From NCBI RefSeq assembly GCF_004010195.1, contig NC_057718.1:13104201-13155945 (forward strand): 51,745 nt of DNA, written 5' to 3'. Positions within the stretch are counted from its first letter, which is position 1, and every line of letters starts with the position of its first letter. The notes beneath the pieces were generated by a model. It was given only the letters and a program-made list of their open reading frames with translations. It was not told where the DNA came from and did no database searches. Positions 34,629-47,824 of this stretch are shown piece after piece. This DNA comes from Chiloscyllium plagiosum. Lineage: Eukaryota. The position numbers and the translations under genes are program-made.

Positions 34629-37124
34629 CTTGCTAGAAGATTATAAATCCTATATCTTATAAATTTTTCCAAAACATTTCCTATAACAGACATAAGGCTC
34701 ACTGGTCTATAATTACCTAGGTCATCTCTACTGCCCTCCTTGAACAAGGGCACAACATTTGCAATCCTCCGGTCCTGAGGTACTAAACCTGTAAACAATG
34801 ACAACTCAAAGATCAAGGCCAAAGGCTCCGCCACTTCCTCTCTAGCTTTCCAGAGAATCCTCGGATAAATCCCATCTGGCCCAGGGGACTTATCTACTTT
34901 CACACCTTCTAGAATTGATAACTCCTCCTCCTTATTAAGCTCAATCCATTCTAGTCTAATAGCCCTTCTCTACAATGTTCTCCCTTTCCTGAGTGAAAAC
35001 AAATGAGAAATATCCATTTAACATCCCTCCGATCTCCACAGGGTCCACACACAATTTCCCACTTCTGTCTTTGACTGGCCCTATTCCTACCCTAGTCATC
35101 ATTTTATTCCTCACATACCTATAGAAAGCTTTACGGTTCTCCTTTATTCTATCTGCCAGAGATTGCTCATGTCCCCTCCTTGCTCTTAACTCTCTATTTA
35201 AATCCTTCCTAGCTAATCTGTAACTCTCCATTGCTTCATCTGAACCATTTCGTCTCAATGTCACGTAAGCCCCCTCTTCTGCTTAACAAAAGATCCAATT
35301 TCTTTAGTAAACCACGGTTCCTTTACCTTATCACTTCCTCCCTGACTGACAGGGACATCCTATCAAGGACATGCAATATCTGTTCCTTAAACCAGCTCCA
35401 CACTTCGATTATCACCACCTCCTCCATTTTGCTCCCCCATTCTATGCCTCCTAAGTCTTGCCTCATTGCACCATAATTGCCCTTTTCCCATCTATAGCTC
35501 TTGCCGTGTGGCATGTACCTATACCTTTCCACCGCTAAACCAAACGTAACTGAATTATGGTTACTCTCTCCAAAATGCTCACCTACCACTAAATCAAACA
35601 CCTGGCGTGGTTCATTACCAAGTACCAGATCCAGTATGGCCTCTCCTCTTGTCGGCCCTTCGACATACTGTGTCAGGAAACCCTCCTGCACACATTGGAT
35701 AAAAACTGATGCATTGGACATACTACAGTTATAGCTTTTCCAGTCAGTTGGGGAAGTTAAAGTGCGCCATAATAACCACCCTGTACCTTTCACTCCTATG
35801 CAGAACCGTGTTGCCAATCCTCTCCTTCACATCCCTGGAACTTTGTGGAGGCCTATGAAAAAACTCCCAGCAGTGTGACCTCTCCTCTAACCTCAGCTCA
35901 TACCACCTCAGTAGACGAGTCCTCGTCAAAAGTTCTTTCAGCCACCATTATACTGTCCTTGACTAACAAAGCCACACCTCCCCCTCTTTTACCATCTTCC
36001 CTGATCTTAATGAAAGATCTAAACCCTGGAACCTGCAACATCCATTCCTGATCCTGCTCGATCCATGTCTCCGAAATAGTCATGACATCAAAGTCCCAGG
36101 CACCTATCCATGCTGCAAGCTCTCCTATCTTATTCTGGATACTCCTGGCATTGAAGCAGACACACTTCAAACCAGCTTGCTGGCTGCCAACGCACTCGTG
36201 TGACCGTGAAATCCTGTCCATGTCCTTCCTGCTCATTTCCTCCTGTGCACTGGAACTACACCACAGGTCTCCCATCCCCCTGCTGAACTAGTTTAACCCC
36301 ACCCAAATAGCACTAGCAAATTTCTCACCCAGAATATTAGTACCCCTCTGGTTCAAGTGAAGACCATCCTGTTTGTAGAGGTCCCACCTTCCCCAGAAAC
36401 CCTCGCTCGTGTGCAATCCCTGCAGCCATGTGTTCAGCTGATATCTCTCCCTATTCCTCACCTCGCTATCACGTGGCATGGATAACAAACCAGAGATAAC
36501 AACTCTGTTTATTCTAGTTTTCAGCTTCCACCCTAGCTCCCTGAAATCCTGCCTTACATCCCTATCCCTCTTTCTACCTAAGCCATTGGTACCTATATGG
36601 ACCACGACTTGGGGCTGGTCACCCTCTCCCTTAAGGACCCCAAAGACATGATCCGAAACATCATGGACCCAGTGATAAGAACAGTGTATATTCATGGTAA
36701 GTTCTCATACTTTGGGCAATTAATTTTCCTGTATTGCTATATTGCTCACAGTGTTATTAAAGTTGCTGTTCCCATCCTCTCTCATCTGCTCTGCTCTTCG
36801 AAGCTGTAGCTCTCAAACACCAACAGAGACACCAATCTGCTGCATCACTTCCTCTTCAAGTATTAAAAGGGTATCTTTTTACTCTCTGGCTCACTCCTCT
36901 AATCAATTTTCTTTAACAAAAATGAACAGTTTTACATTTTTTAAACCAAAATGTTTGTTCACTTAAACTGTTTCAGGCATTCAATACCTTCAACATTTTG
37001 TGATTTTCCACAGAATAAAAGGAAAACTGTTCAGTATGGGCATTTTCCAAACGTGGACCTTATCCATTAAACTTTAATTTGGCTGAAAGCAGATTTGCCC
37101 AGGATCACCATCAATAGTGGGTTA

Positions 37125-37402
37125 ATCATAGAATCCCCATTGTGTGGAAAGAGGCCATTTGGCCCATTGAGTCTACACCAACACTTCGAAGAGCAACCAA
37201 CTCACTTATCCTATCCCCATAACCCCATGTTTACCATGGCTAACCTCCCACCAAGCCTACACATTCCTGGACACTACAGGCAATTTGGAATGGTCAATCC
37301 ACCCAACCTGCACATCCTTGGAATACTGGAGGAAACCAGAGCACCCGGAGAAAATCCATGCAGACAGAGGGAGAACTTGCAAATTCCACACAAAGAGTCG
37401 CC
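37125..37402 (-). mobile_element. HE1-like V-SINE fragment
   Basis: Reverse complement of the V-domain, ggaggaaaccagagcacccggagaaaatccatgcagacag, plus a CR1-like tail. Confidence 0.75.
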
Positions 37403-37569
37403 CATAAAGCTTATAGAACAAATTATTTCAATTTAAATGATTATAGCACCACGTTGTCATCATCAAATATTTGCTATAACATATCGGAAGATGTTCTTCT
37501 TCCTAATTTTAAAGGCCAGAAAGAATAGCTGTTTTTCTCCACTAAGTAAACACTTAAGTTTAACCTTAC

Positions 37570-37643
37570 TTTGGATTGTTAACTGTACATTCTTCTGGAA
37601 CTACCCACTCAATAAATGAGTCTCCTTCGTAATCCAGATGGAG
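37570..37643 (-). CDS. CATSPERE: CatSper-epsilon-like coding exon; LHLDYEGDSFIEWVVPEECTVNNP(K)
   Basis: Acceptor ttttaattttacag|, donor AA|gtaagg, 74 nt, phase 0 to phase 2. The peptide resembles human CATSPERE IKLEYEGTLFTEWSVPETCFVLNK as recalled. Confidence 0.85.
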
Positions 37644-37881
37644 CTGTAAAATTAAAATAGTTATTATTACCAATTGATCAGCCAGTTCAAACATAGGCTT
37701 GAATTCAATTTATTTACAATTTAGATATTTATATAGTGCAATCTCTAGATGAACTTTGTATAGATGAGATAATGAACACTCAACAATGAAGGGAGAATAG
37801 TCAGTGAAAGTGACAATACACAGGAGCAAAGAGATAGAGGTTTCGAGAAGTACAGAAAGATATAAGTTTAATGGACAGTAC

Positions 37882-37927
37882 TTTAGTGGTAAATGTAACA
37901 GAAGACAAAGTCAGAGAAAGGTTGGAT
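37882..37927 (-). CDS. CATSPERE: Putative early coding exon (likely exon 2) of CatSper-epsilon-like gene; (R)SNLSLTLSSVTFTTK
   Basis: Minus strand reads acceptor catatatctttgcag|A, a 46-nt exon with only one open frame, then a weak donor AAA|gtactg. It ends in phase 0, matching the next exon. Peptide similarity to the mammalian protein is weak, so the call rests on position and phase. Confidence 0.45.
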
Positions 37928-38875
37928 CTGCAAAGATATATGCAACTGAAGAAGATATTAGAAACAGGGAGCGGTGTCACAGAGTCATAGCATGGAAACA
38001 GACTCTTCACTCCAATTCATCCATGCTGGCCAGATATCCTAAAACTCAAATCAGGTTATGAGACACGATTTCCCACTCACAAACCCATCTTGACCATCCC
38101 TATTCAGTCATTCCCTTTCCAAATACACATAAATCCTGTCCCTCAAATCCCCTCCAACAACTTGCCCACAACTGATGTCAACCTTGCTGGTCTGCAGTCT
38201 CTGTATGAAGTTGTGGGTGTACTTTAAGAGAGTTAAAAGCAGCAGAACTACCGGACACAGCAACAAGTGTTCTCAATAAGGCAATAATGTATCACCTGCT
38301 TGATTAAACAAAATTTGCTCATTGCCTGGAGACAAAAACAAATTTGAATTTAACTAATCAGTTTAAATTATACCCCAAAAAAGTCAAAGTCCAATCCAGT
38401 TTGAACTTAGTATACTGACAATCTTAAACGGCAATGACACATTCTGATGTTTTAGGGGTATAACACTGGGGAAAGTTGAACTGTTGAGAGGAGAACTGAC
38501 AAGCACAGCATGTAAACAGACTGCCTGAAAATAACTAGAAATTCCTAAGAACAAGAAAAGAAGACACAGAAAGATCTGAATAGAAGAACAAAAGCTGCCT
38601 GATTTTGAGATAAGAAGTCTTGTTTTGTAAATCTTAATTGGGAGTTTTATCAGACTAGTATTATAGAAGGGAAGATAACAGATCAGTTAGAGTAAGGAAT
38701 GGTAATAATTGTTATTTAATTATACTCTGTTATACTTTAAGAAATAAAGTTGTTAATTTTTACTTTAAATAGTCCTTGGCCACTCCAATTTTTACAGATT
38801 ACTGCCCGGGATAAATCTTTTCTGTGTTGCTGGTTTTAAATTAAGAAGGAGGGTTTACGCTGTGTCGTAAAAGTT

Positions 38876-38894
38876 TGGGGGCTCAGGTCTGTGA
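38876..38894 (+). promoter_or_regulatory. Degenerate tRNA-Pro primer-binding site
   Basis: TGGGGGCTCaGgTCtGtGAT immediately follows the LTR end; the complement of the tRNA-Pro 3' end is TGGGGGCTCGTCCGGGAT. Confidence 0.55.
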
Positions 38895-39311
38895 TTGGAA
38901 CTGATTAGTCAGATTTGAATAGACTTGTCATTATGAAAAATCCCAGCAGATTTAAACTCTTGCAGGTTAGTGTCCTAGATCGTTAAATAAAACGTAAGTG
39001 AGACAATTAATTTAATTTTGGTGACTTGAGGTTGATTAAATTAAAAGTGAGAGAAATGGCTCTTAAAATTGCTAAAGAGGTTCTGGGATTTGAAGATAAT
39101 TCTCAGATTTGCCAAGAAAGTTTAGAAGGAAAGAAAAAGGCCATACTTTTAGAATTAGCAAAGAAGTTAGATTTGGGTTGAACCAAAGACAAAAGTAAAG
39201 CTGAAATTGTAAGGGAATTACTCAAACACTTAGGTGTGTCAGAGCAACAGACAAGTGCAGTATAGGTAGAAAATCTTAAATTACAATTGAGGAAAATGGA
39301 GTTAGAAGATA

Positions 39312-39492
39312 AACAAAGAGAGAGAAAGGAAAGAGAGAGGGAGAGAGAAAGAGAAAGAGAGAAGAAAGTGAAAGAGAGGAAAAAGAGAGAAAGAGAAAGT
39401 TCTTGCCTAAGCAAAGAGAGAGAGGAAAGGAGAGAGAAAAAGAGAGAGAGGAAAAAGAGAGAGAAGGTTCTTGGCTGAGCAAAGAGAGACAG
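39312..39492 (+). repeat. GA-rich low-complexity tract encoding an E/R/K coiled coil in Gypsy gag
   Basis: agagagagaaaggaaagagagaggg..., translating to RERKEREREREREREKK. Confidence 0.85.
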
Positions 39493-42096
39493 AATTTGAA
39501 CTTAAAAAGTTGCGATTTAGTCAACAAAGTCAACTTAACAGGATGGAGATTAAAAGAGAAGGTAGTATATAAATATGTCAAAAACTCTGCCACATTTTGA
39601 TGACAGAGATGTTGAAGCCTTCTTTATTTCATTCAAGAAATTGGCTAGGCAGTTGGAGTGTTCTGATGATTTATGGGTAATGCTAGTTCAGACTAAACTG
39701 GTAGGCAGAGCTAGTGTGGTATTTGCCACGATATCAGAGATTATGAAGAGGTTAAACAGGCTATTTTAAGTGCTTATGAATTGGTACCAGAAGCATATAG
39801 ACAGCGGTTCAGACACACAAAGAAGGAACCAGGTCAGGCTTTATGTTGAGTTCGAAAGAATTAACATATTCATTTTGATCAATCAGTGCATGCTTTGAAA
39901 ATAGATAGGACATTTGAGGCTCTAAGAGAGATTGTTTTGCTGGGGAGGTTTAAAAACTCACTTCCAGAGATGGTAAGAATGCACGTGGATGAACAGAAAG
40001 TTCAGGAAGTGAAAAGGGCAGCAGAATTAGCAGATGAGTACATGTTGGTGCATAAGACAAGCTTCCAGCCAGAATTCTGTCCTGTGAGGGATAGAAATTG
40101 GGAGAAAGGGAGATGCTACATGACTAAACCAAGGTACAGAACACTGGTAAGAATTTACCACAGGATAAAAAAGAAGCCCAAAGGGGTGGAAAGGAGGTGA
40201 AAGGCTTCAGGTGTTTCCACTGTGGTAAAGTTGGACACGTAAAGACACAATGCTGGTCGTTAAAGAAAGGCACTGTGGGAAAATATGTGGTAAAAGAAGC
40301 TAAGCCAGTGGCATTAATGAAGGTAGTAAAGGAGACCCCAAGAAGAGCTGAGGAGCTGCAGGAGAGTGCACAGCGTAGGCAGCGGCTGGGTTAGTACCTG
40401 ATCTCTACAAAAGATTAACCTCTGTGCGTAAAGTTTAGTCAGAAAGAACAGGGTGAGAAGGACAAGAAGTTATAATTTTGAGAGATACAGGATCTAATCA
40501 GTTGCTGATAGTAAGGGGCGAGCGAATATGCACTCTTTTACCCAAGAGTGTGGTAATTTGTGGGATAGATGGACAGAAATTTAGCATTCCCCTATGTAAG
40601 ATCAGTTTGGAGTGTCAACTTAAGACTGAGGAAGTTACAGTGGGAGTGGTTGACAGTGTCAGTTCCAGGAATTCAGTTTGTTCTTGGGAATGATTTGACA
40701 GGATCCAAGGTGGGAGTGACACCCCTTGTTGTGGAGAAGCCCAAGGAAGACCAAGAAACTGAGGAGTTAAAATAGAAATATCCTGCTACTTTTCCAGACT
40801 GTGTGGTAACCAGATCCCATAAGTCACAGCACAAAATGAAAAGTAAAGAGAAAGATGAAGGAGTTGAGGTTCAGTTAGTGGATACCCTGTTTGACGTAAT
40901 GATGCAGGAAAACCTGAACAGGCAGAAGGTCAGACAGAAGTGATTAATCCTGAAAGGTTAAGAGACTTGCAACAGCAAGACAAAACGATAAAAGATATAT
41001 ATGTGGATGCATAGTCTGAAAAGGAGGTAGAGAATATTCCAGAGGATTATTATCTGAAAGATAGAATCCTCAAACGGAAATGGAGACCATGGGAGGTTAG
41101 TGCAGAGGAGAAGTGGGCCGAAGTGCATCAGATTGTGTTGCTGGTATCATACAGACAGGAAGTGTTACGAGTAGCTCATGAACTACCTGTTGGAGGTCAC
41201 CTATGGGTACAAAAGACTAAGGCTAACGTACAAAAACACTTATTGGTCTGGAATGCACAAGGATGCGATTAACCTTTGCCAAACGGTAGGTAAGCTACAG
41301 GTGGTAATAAAACCAGCACCTTTGTTGTCAAATCCCACATTTGAAGAACTTTTCATACAGGTTATAATTGATTGTGTAGGTCCCCTCCCGAGAACTAAAA
41401 GTGAGAACTAGTACTTGCTAACTATAATGGATGTGTCTACCAGATTTCCAGAGGAAATTCCATTATGGAGTATGAAGGCAAAAAGGGTAGTAGAGGATTT
41501 AGTAGCTTTCTTCACACGGAATGGGCTATCTAGAATGATTCAGTCAGACCAAAGGTTAAATTTTACGGCTAGGCTGTTTAAAGAGGTTATGGATAATTGA
41601 GGTATACAGCACTTTAAATCCAGTGTATATCATTCTGAATCCCAGGGAGCTTTAGAAAGGTGGCATCAGTGGATTCAAGATGGCAGTGACCCAGTAGGTG
41701 CGAGTTTGCTGAGCTCTCCCCAGGAACCAGATAAAGTGAGGCACCTACCCTTCCTTCACCTTTTAAATTACTAAAAATAGTTTTCTCTCAATTGCACCAC
41801 CCCACTCCGCAGCAACGCATGCGCCCATGGCCACCCTGGAGGACTTAGCTGCAAAGGCAAGCCTGGTCTTGGAGTTTGTAAAACTCCAAAAGAGGATCAA
41901 CACATCGATGGAGGAGACCTGGGCCAGGTGGGAATCAATCTCGGTCATGCTGCAGAATCATGACCTGGAGATCCAGAGCCTTGGGTAGTTTGTTGGAGGG
42001 GCAGAGCAACGGGTCGCAGCCTCTGACACCATGGCAAAATCTTCCGTGAGCCAGGTCCAGGCCCTGAAATGCCGAGTATGGGCCTTGGAGGAGCAA

Positions 42097-43552
42097 AGAA
42101 CAAAGAACAAAGAAAATTTACAGCCCAGGAACAGGCCCTTCGGCCCTCCAAGCCTGAGCCGAGCTAAATGTATTGTATAAACCTGTCAGTCAATTCATAA
42201 GCATCTGTATCCCTCTGCTCTGCACCTACTCATGCATCTGTCCGGACGCATCTTAAAAGAATCTACCGTGCCTGCCTCTACCACTTCTGCTGGCAACGTG
42301 TTCCAAATGCCCACTACCTCTCTGTGTGAAGTACTTACCGCGTGTATCCCCCCTTAAACTTTCCACCTCTCACCTTGAAAACATGACCTCTCGTGAAAAA
42401 GCTTGTCTCTATCCACCCTGTCTATACCCTTCGTGATTTTGTAAACCTCAATCAGGTCCCCTCTCAATCTCCTTTTTTCTAGTGAAAATAAACCTAACCT
42501 ACTCAACCTCTCTTCATAGTGAGCACCTTCCATACCAGGCAACATCCTCATAAATCTTCTCTGCACCTTCTCCAAAGCATCCACATCCTTTTGGTAATGT
42601 GGCGCCCAGAACTGTACACAGTATTCTAAATGCGGCCGAACAATTTTGTACAATTTTAACATGACTTGCTAGCTCTTATACTCAATACTCCATCCGATGA
42701 AGGCAAGCATACTATATGCCTTCTGGACCACTCTACCCACCTGTGCAGCAACTTTCAGGGTACAATGGACCTGCACTCCCAGATCTCTCTGCCCATCAAC
42801 TTTTCCCAAGGTTCTTCCATTCATTGTATAATTTGCTCTTGAATTAGACTTGCCTAAATGCATCACCTCATATTTGTCTGGATTGAAAGCCATCTGCCAC
42901 TTTTCCGCCCAACTCTCCAGTCTATGTATATCCTCCTGTATTCTCTGACAGTCCCTTATGCTTTCTGCCACTCCACCAATCTTTGTGTCATCTGCAAACT
43001 TGCTGATCATACCAACAGCGCCCTCTTCTAGATCATTTATGGATACTACAAACAACTGTAGCCACAATACTGACCCCTGTGGAACACCACTGGTCATCTT
43101 TCTCCATTTCGAGAAACTCCCTTCAACTACTACTCTCTGTCTCTTGTTGCTCAACCAGTTCTTTAGCCACCTAGCTAGAACACCCTGCACACCATGTGAC
43201 TTCACTTTCTCCATTAGTCTACAATGGGGAACATTATCAAACGCCTTAATAAAGTCCATGTATATGACATCAACAGCCCTTCCTTCATCTAACAACTTGG
43301 TCACTTCCTTGAAGAACTCTATCAAGTTGGTAAGACACGATCTCCCCTGCATAAAACTATGTTGCCCATCACCGATAAGCTCATTCCTTTCCAAATATAA
43401 ATAGATCCGATCTCTCAGTACTCTCTCCAGCAACTTCCCCACCACTGGCATCAGACTCACTGGTCTGTAGATATCTGGAATATCCCTACTACCCTTCTTG
43501 TATAGGGGGACAACATGAGCAACCTTCCAGTCCTCCGGCACCTCACCAAAAT
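42097..43552 (-). mobile_element. 5'-truncated CR1 inserted into L1 ORF1
   Basis: RT with YMDFIKAFD, GVPQGS, FADDTK; tail (ttctttg)n; TSD ggagcaa (42090-42096 and 43553-43559). Confidence 0.9.
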
Positions 43553-45421
43553 GGAGCAAGTCGAAGATCTCAAAATTCGAGGTCATCGTAAGACTATCCG
43601 GTTGCTGGGCCTTCCTGAATAGGAGGAAGAAGGCCAGCTTGTTAATTTTCTGGAGCAATGGCTCCCACAACTGCTGAGGCTGGAGTCTGAGGTAGGGTGG
43701 GTGTGGGTCGAATGGGCCCACCTGTTCACAGGGCACAGGCCCGGATTAGACCAGCACCCTCGCCCGGTCCTGGTGCAACTCCAGCACTATAGAGACAAAC
43801 AAATGCGGCTGGAGGCCTGCAGAACACTGGGGAAGGATCCCTATGCTATGGAATACAAGGGATCGAAAATAATGCTCTTTCAGGACTTTTCTCCAGTCGT
43901 GATACGCAAGAGGAAGGCATTTGACGAGGTAAAGAAGCATCTGAGGGATCTGAATATTCAGTATTCTATGAGATATCCGGCAACGTTGTGCTTCAGTCAC
44001 GGAGGGTCTGTGTATAACTTCAGATCACCGGAAAAGGCAAAAGAGGTTTTGGATGCCCTTAAATAGACTGATTGGCCTGAATTATATGGGCAATTATTTT
44101 ACTTTATCTCTCTTCCCCCCCTTTTTTTTTTCTCTCTTTGTCTTATCTTTATTTATAATCTGCCTGGTTTACCTGGTTGTTGGGGGATGATTTGGATTTT
44201 TCCTCTCATATATGTTGGGATTATAATTTTATATATTTTATTTTATGTTGCTGCTTTGTCAAGAGCGCCTAGAATAATAGTGTGGAAGGGACAGTTTGGA
44301 TACACACTTTTAATTTCCTTGTTATAAGATATTGGTATCTGTTTATCTTACTTTGCGATGTCTGGGGCGAGGGCATGGCTCCAACTGGAAGGAGTTATGG
44401 TGGATTATTGGATGATAGGAATGCTCCCTGTGGACAAGAGGGAAAGTCTCCTTTTAGCTATGTTTTATGTTGTTATCTATTAGGAGTAGTTTTGATTTAG
44501 CAGTATTAAAGGTTGTATTTTTAAATCAATGTGAATTGTTTACAGTTTCTATTCAATGCTCTATGAGTGGGGTTCTTCCTTCTCAGGCGTCTTGGATCTT
44601 CATGAACGATCATGGCTAGTTATTCGTTTAAATGATGCATCTGGAATGTTAAAGGGAGTCACTCTCCAATTGAAAGGAAAAAGATACTGTCAAGTTTTAA
44701 AAAAAGAGAAGGCTGATGTAGCCCTTTAATCGGAGACACGCCTAAAGGGCAAGGAGCATTTGAAGCTGCAGCAGGGAGGATTTGGTCAGGTGTTCTCATC
44801 TTTCAAGTCGAAAGGTAGAGGGGTGGCCATTCTTATCTGGAAGAATCTTCCGTTTCAAATGTTAAGCCAAATAAAGGATGAGTCCGAGCTCTAATATATG
44901 GAGAGGTGTATGGGATTTTGAATCATATTGCCTCCCGGCACATTCTTTTAAATTTGTAACGGATGCGCTTTCCAGATTGATGGCCCTTGGGGCGCGTCAC
45001 ACGATTATAGCGGGAGATTTCAAGTGTATCATTGATCCTGAGGTGGACAGAATACCTAGGAGCTCTGCGGGTATATCTCTGCAGTCTCAGCAGTTGGTGG
45101 ATTTGATTAGGAGTTGGGACTGGTAGATATGTGGAGATGTCTTCACCCTGAGGGTAGAGATTTTACCTTTTATTCTAATCCACGTAAGTGCCAATCCAGA
45201 ATTGATATGTATTTTTTACCCCTTCGACCTTTTTGAATTCGATACTGTCCTGCAAAATAGGGAATATAGCTGTTTCCGACCACGCGGGAGTCTATATGGA
45301 GGTCAAGGCTGGTGGTGATGAGATGGTAAAGTGCCCAGGAGAGACGGATTTCAGACTGAGTTCTATAAAGAGTTTATAGATGAACTGGCCGGACTACTGA
45401 TAGACAAGTATAACTATTCAT

Positions 45422-47824
45422 GCAAGATTTGTGAAGGTTTGTAGCTCAGGTTGAGGTTTAGGGTGTAGGTTTGCTCGCTGAGCTGTAGGTTTGATATCCA
45501 GACGTTTCATTACCTGGCTAGGTAACATCATCAGTGGCGACCTTCAAGTGAAGCAAAGCTGTTGTCTCCTGCTTTCTATTTATATCTTTCTCCTGGATGG
45601 GGTTCCTGGGGTTTGTGGTGATGTTATTTCCTGTTCCTTTTCTGAGGGGTTGATGGATGGCAACTAGATCTATGTGTTTATGATGTTGTGGTTGGAGTGC
45701 CAGGCCTCTAGGAATTCTCTGGCATGTCTTTGCTTAGCCTGTCCCAGGATAGATGTGTTGTCCCAGTCGAAATGGTTTTTTTCATCCATTTGTAGGGCTA
45801 CGAGGGAGAGAGGGTCGTGTCTTTTTGTGGCTAGCTGGTGTTCGTGTATCCTGGTGGCTAACCTTCTTCCTGTTTGTCCTACGTAGTGTTTGTGGCAGTC
45901 CTTGCATGGAATTTTGTAGATGATGTTGGTTTTGTCCATGGGTTGTACTGGGTCTTTTAAGTTTGTTAGTTTTTGTTTGAGAGTGTTGGTGGGTTTGTGT
46001 GCTACTAGGATTCCGAGGGGGCTTAGTAGTCTGGCTGTCATCTCTGGAACTTCTTTGATGTATGGTAAGGTGGTTAGGGTTTCTGGCTGTGTTTGGTCTG
46101 CTTGTCGTGTTTGTTCTTGAGGAATCTGCGGACTGTATTTTTTGAGTATCCGTTCTTCTTGAATACATCGTATAGGTGGTTCTCCTCTGTTTTCCGAAAT
46201 TCGTCTGTGCTGCAGTGTGTGGTGGCTCGTTGGAATAGTGTTCTGATACAGCTTTGGTTGTGTACGTTGGGGTGGTTGCTGGTGTAGTTAAGTATTGGGT
46301 CAGTGTTTGTCGGTTTTCTGTATACGCAGGTTTGTAGTTCTCCGTTGTCCTTTCTTTCGGCTGTGACGTCCAGGAATGAGAGTTTGTTGTCGGTTTCTTC
46401 CTCCTTGGTGAACTTTATGCCTGTGAGGGTGTTGTTGATGATGTTAAATGTCTCTTCTATCTTGTTTCGTTTTGTGATGACAAAGGTGTCATCTACGTAG
46501 CGGACCCAGATTTCTGGTTTGATGGTTGGTAGGGCTGTTTGTTCTAGTCTTTGCATTACTGCTTCTGCTATGAATCCTGATAGCAGAGATCCCATGAGTG
46601 TGCCGTTGGTTTGTTTGTAGACTATGTTGTTGAAAGTGAAGTGGGTAGTGAGGCACAGGTCCACTAGCTTCATGATGTTTTTGTTGGTAATGTGATTAAT
46701 GGTGGTTGGTGTGTGTGTGATGGTCTCTTCTTAAAGTGTGGTAAGTGTTTCCTTTGCCAGGTCGATGTTGATCGAGGTGAACAGTGCTGTTACGTCGAAT
46801 GAGATCATTGCTTCGTCTTCCTCTATTTTGGTGTTTTTGATGATTTTTAGGAATTCTTGGTGGAATGGATGGAGTGCTGTGACTCTTCTACTAGGTATTT
46901 TAGGCTTGCGTGTAGTTCTTTGGCCAGTCTGTAAGTTGGTGTTCCGGGTAGTGAGACTATAGGTCTGAGGAGGGCTCCTGGTTTATGGATTTTTGGTAGT
47001 CCATAGAATCGTGGGGTGTTGGTCCCATCGGGTTTCATTTTCTGGAATTCCGTCTTGATTAATTGTCCGGAATTTTGTAATTTTCTTAAGAGATATGTAA
47101 TTTTGTTTCCTAGTTGTGGGGTCAGGTCTAGTGCCACCTGTTGGTAAGTGTTGGTGTCTGCGAGTAGTGCATTGGCTTTCTCTATGTAGTCCCTTCTGTT
47201 CAGGATGACTGTGAGCCGACCTTTGTCTGCAGGTAATATAACGATGTTTTTGTCTTTTTTGAGGTTTTCTAGGGCTTTCTTTTCTTGTGCGTTCAGTTTG
47301 TTTCCTTCCCTCTTTCGGCTCAGAGTAGGTGCAACTGTCTGTCTGATCGTTTGTTGTGTTTCTTCCATGAGATTGTTGTCCTTCAATGTGGTTTCTAATG
47401 CCGCTCGGAAATCCTTCTTGTCAGTGTCTCGGTAATTGAAATTTAATCCTTTTACTAGTACCGCTTTTACTGTGTCTGATAGGGTTTGGTCTGATAAGTT
47501 CTTTATCCATGCCCCTGTGTTATCGGTTTTGGCTTTGTTTGTGAGTTTGTCAAGTTTTTTCTTCAGGTCCCGATTTTTCTTTATCTGTGGTTATCGTCGT
47601 TTGGTGTTTATGGCTCGTTCTACCGCGTCTGTCCATTCTTGATTTGTTGCTTGTTTGAATAACGGTTTTTAGCATGCAATTTCCCGGTTGTATTTTCGGA
47701 GTCTGTGGTGGCATCATTGATTAGTTCTCGGAGCATTCTGCAGCCGTTTTGTTCTGTTAAACTTCTGGCTTGAGGTGTTTTTATTGGTGGTTTATATTGG
47801 AGACATTTTGGCAGTACCTGTTCT
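45422..47824 (-). mobile_element. Penelope-like element (Poseidon-type), RT + GIY-YIG, frameshifted, inserted into L1 ORF2
   Basis: PADKGR, RFYGLPKIHK, RYVDDTF, IYKIPCKDC..YVGQTGR. TSD ctattcat (45414-45421 and 47825-47832). Confidence 0.92.
45498..45537 (-). ncRNA. Minimal type I hammerhead ribozyme motif in the Penelope 3' pseudo-LTR
   Basis: The minus strand reads cca-CTGATGA-t-gttacct-agcc-aggtaat-GAAA-CGTC-tgg, with a fully paired stem II, stem I cca/tgg and a GUC cleavage triplet. Confidence 0.75.

Larger units (their letters stand above)
29272..36670 (-). mobile_element. Decayed CR1 LINE in pieces (3' tail 29272-29594, RT 30158-30407, RT/APE/ORF1 34629-36670) split by Penelope and Gypsy insertions
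   Basis: Tail ctatgttctt, [12 protein letters not shown]...NYRPVSL, CFNARSI...ISETW, and ORF1 VVVHIGTN...DGLHLN. Confidence 0.85.

Noticed and set aside
39103..39600. Hydrophobic Leu/Ser/Phe-rich minus-strand ORFs resembling membrane proteins
   Set aside because: Antisense reading of the GA-rich gag coiled-coil tract.
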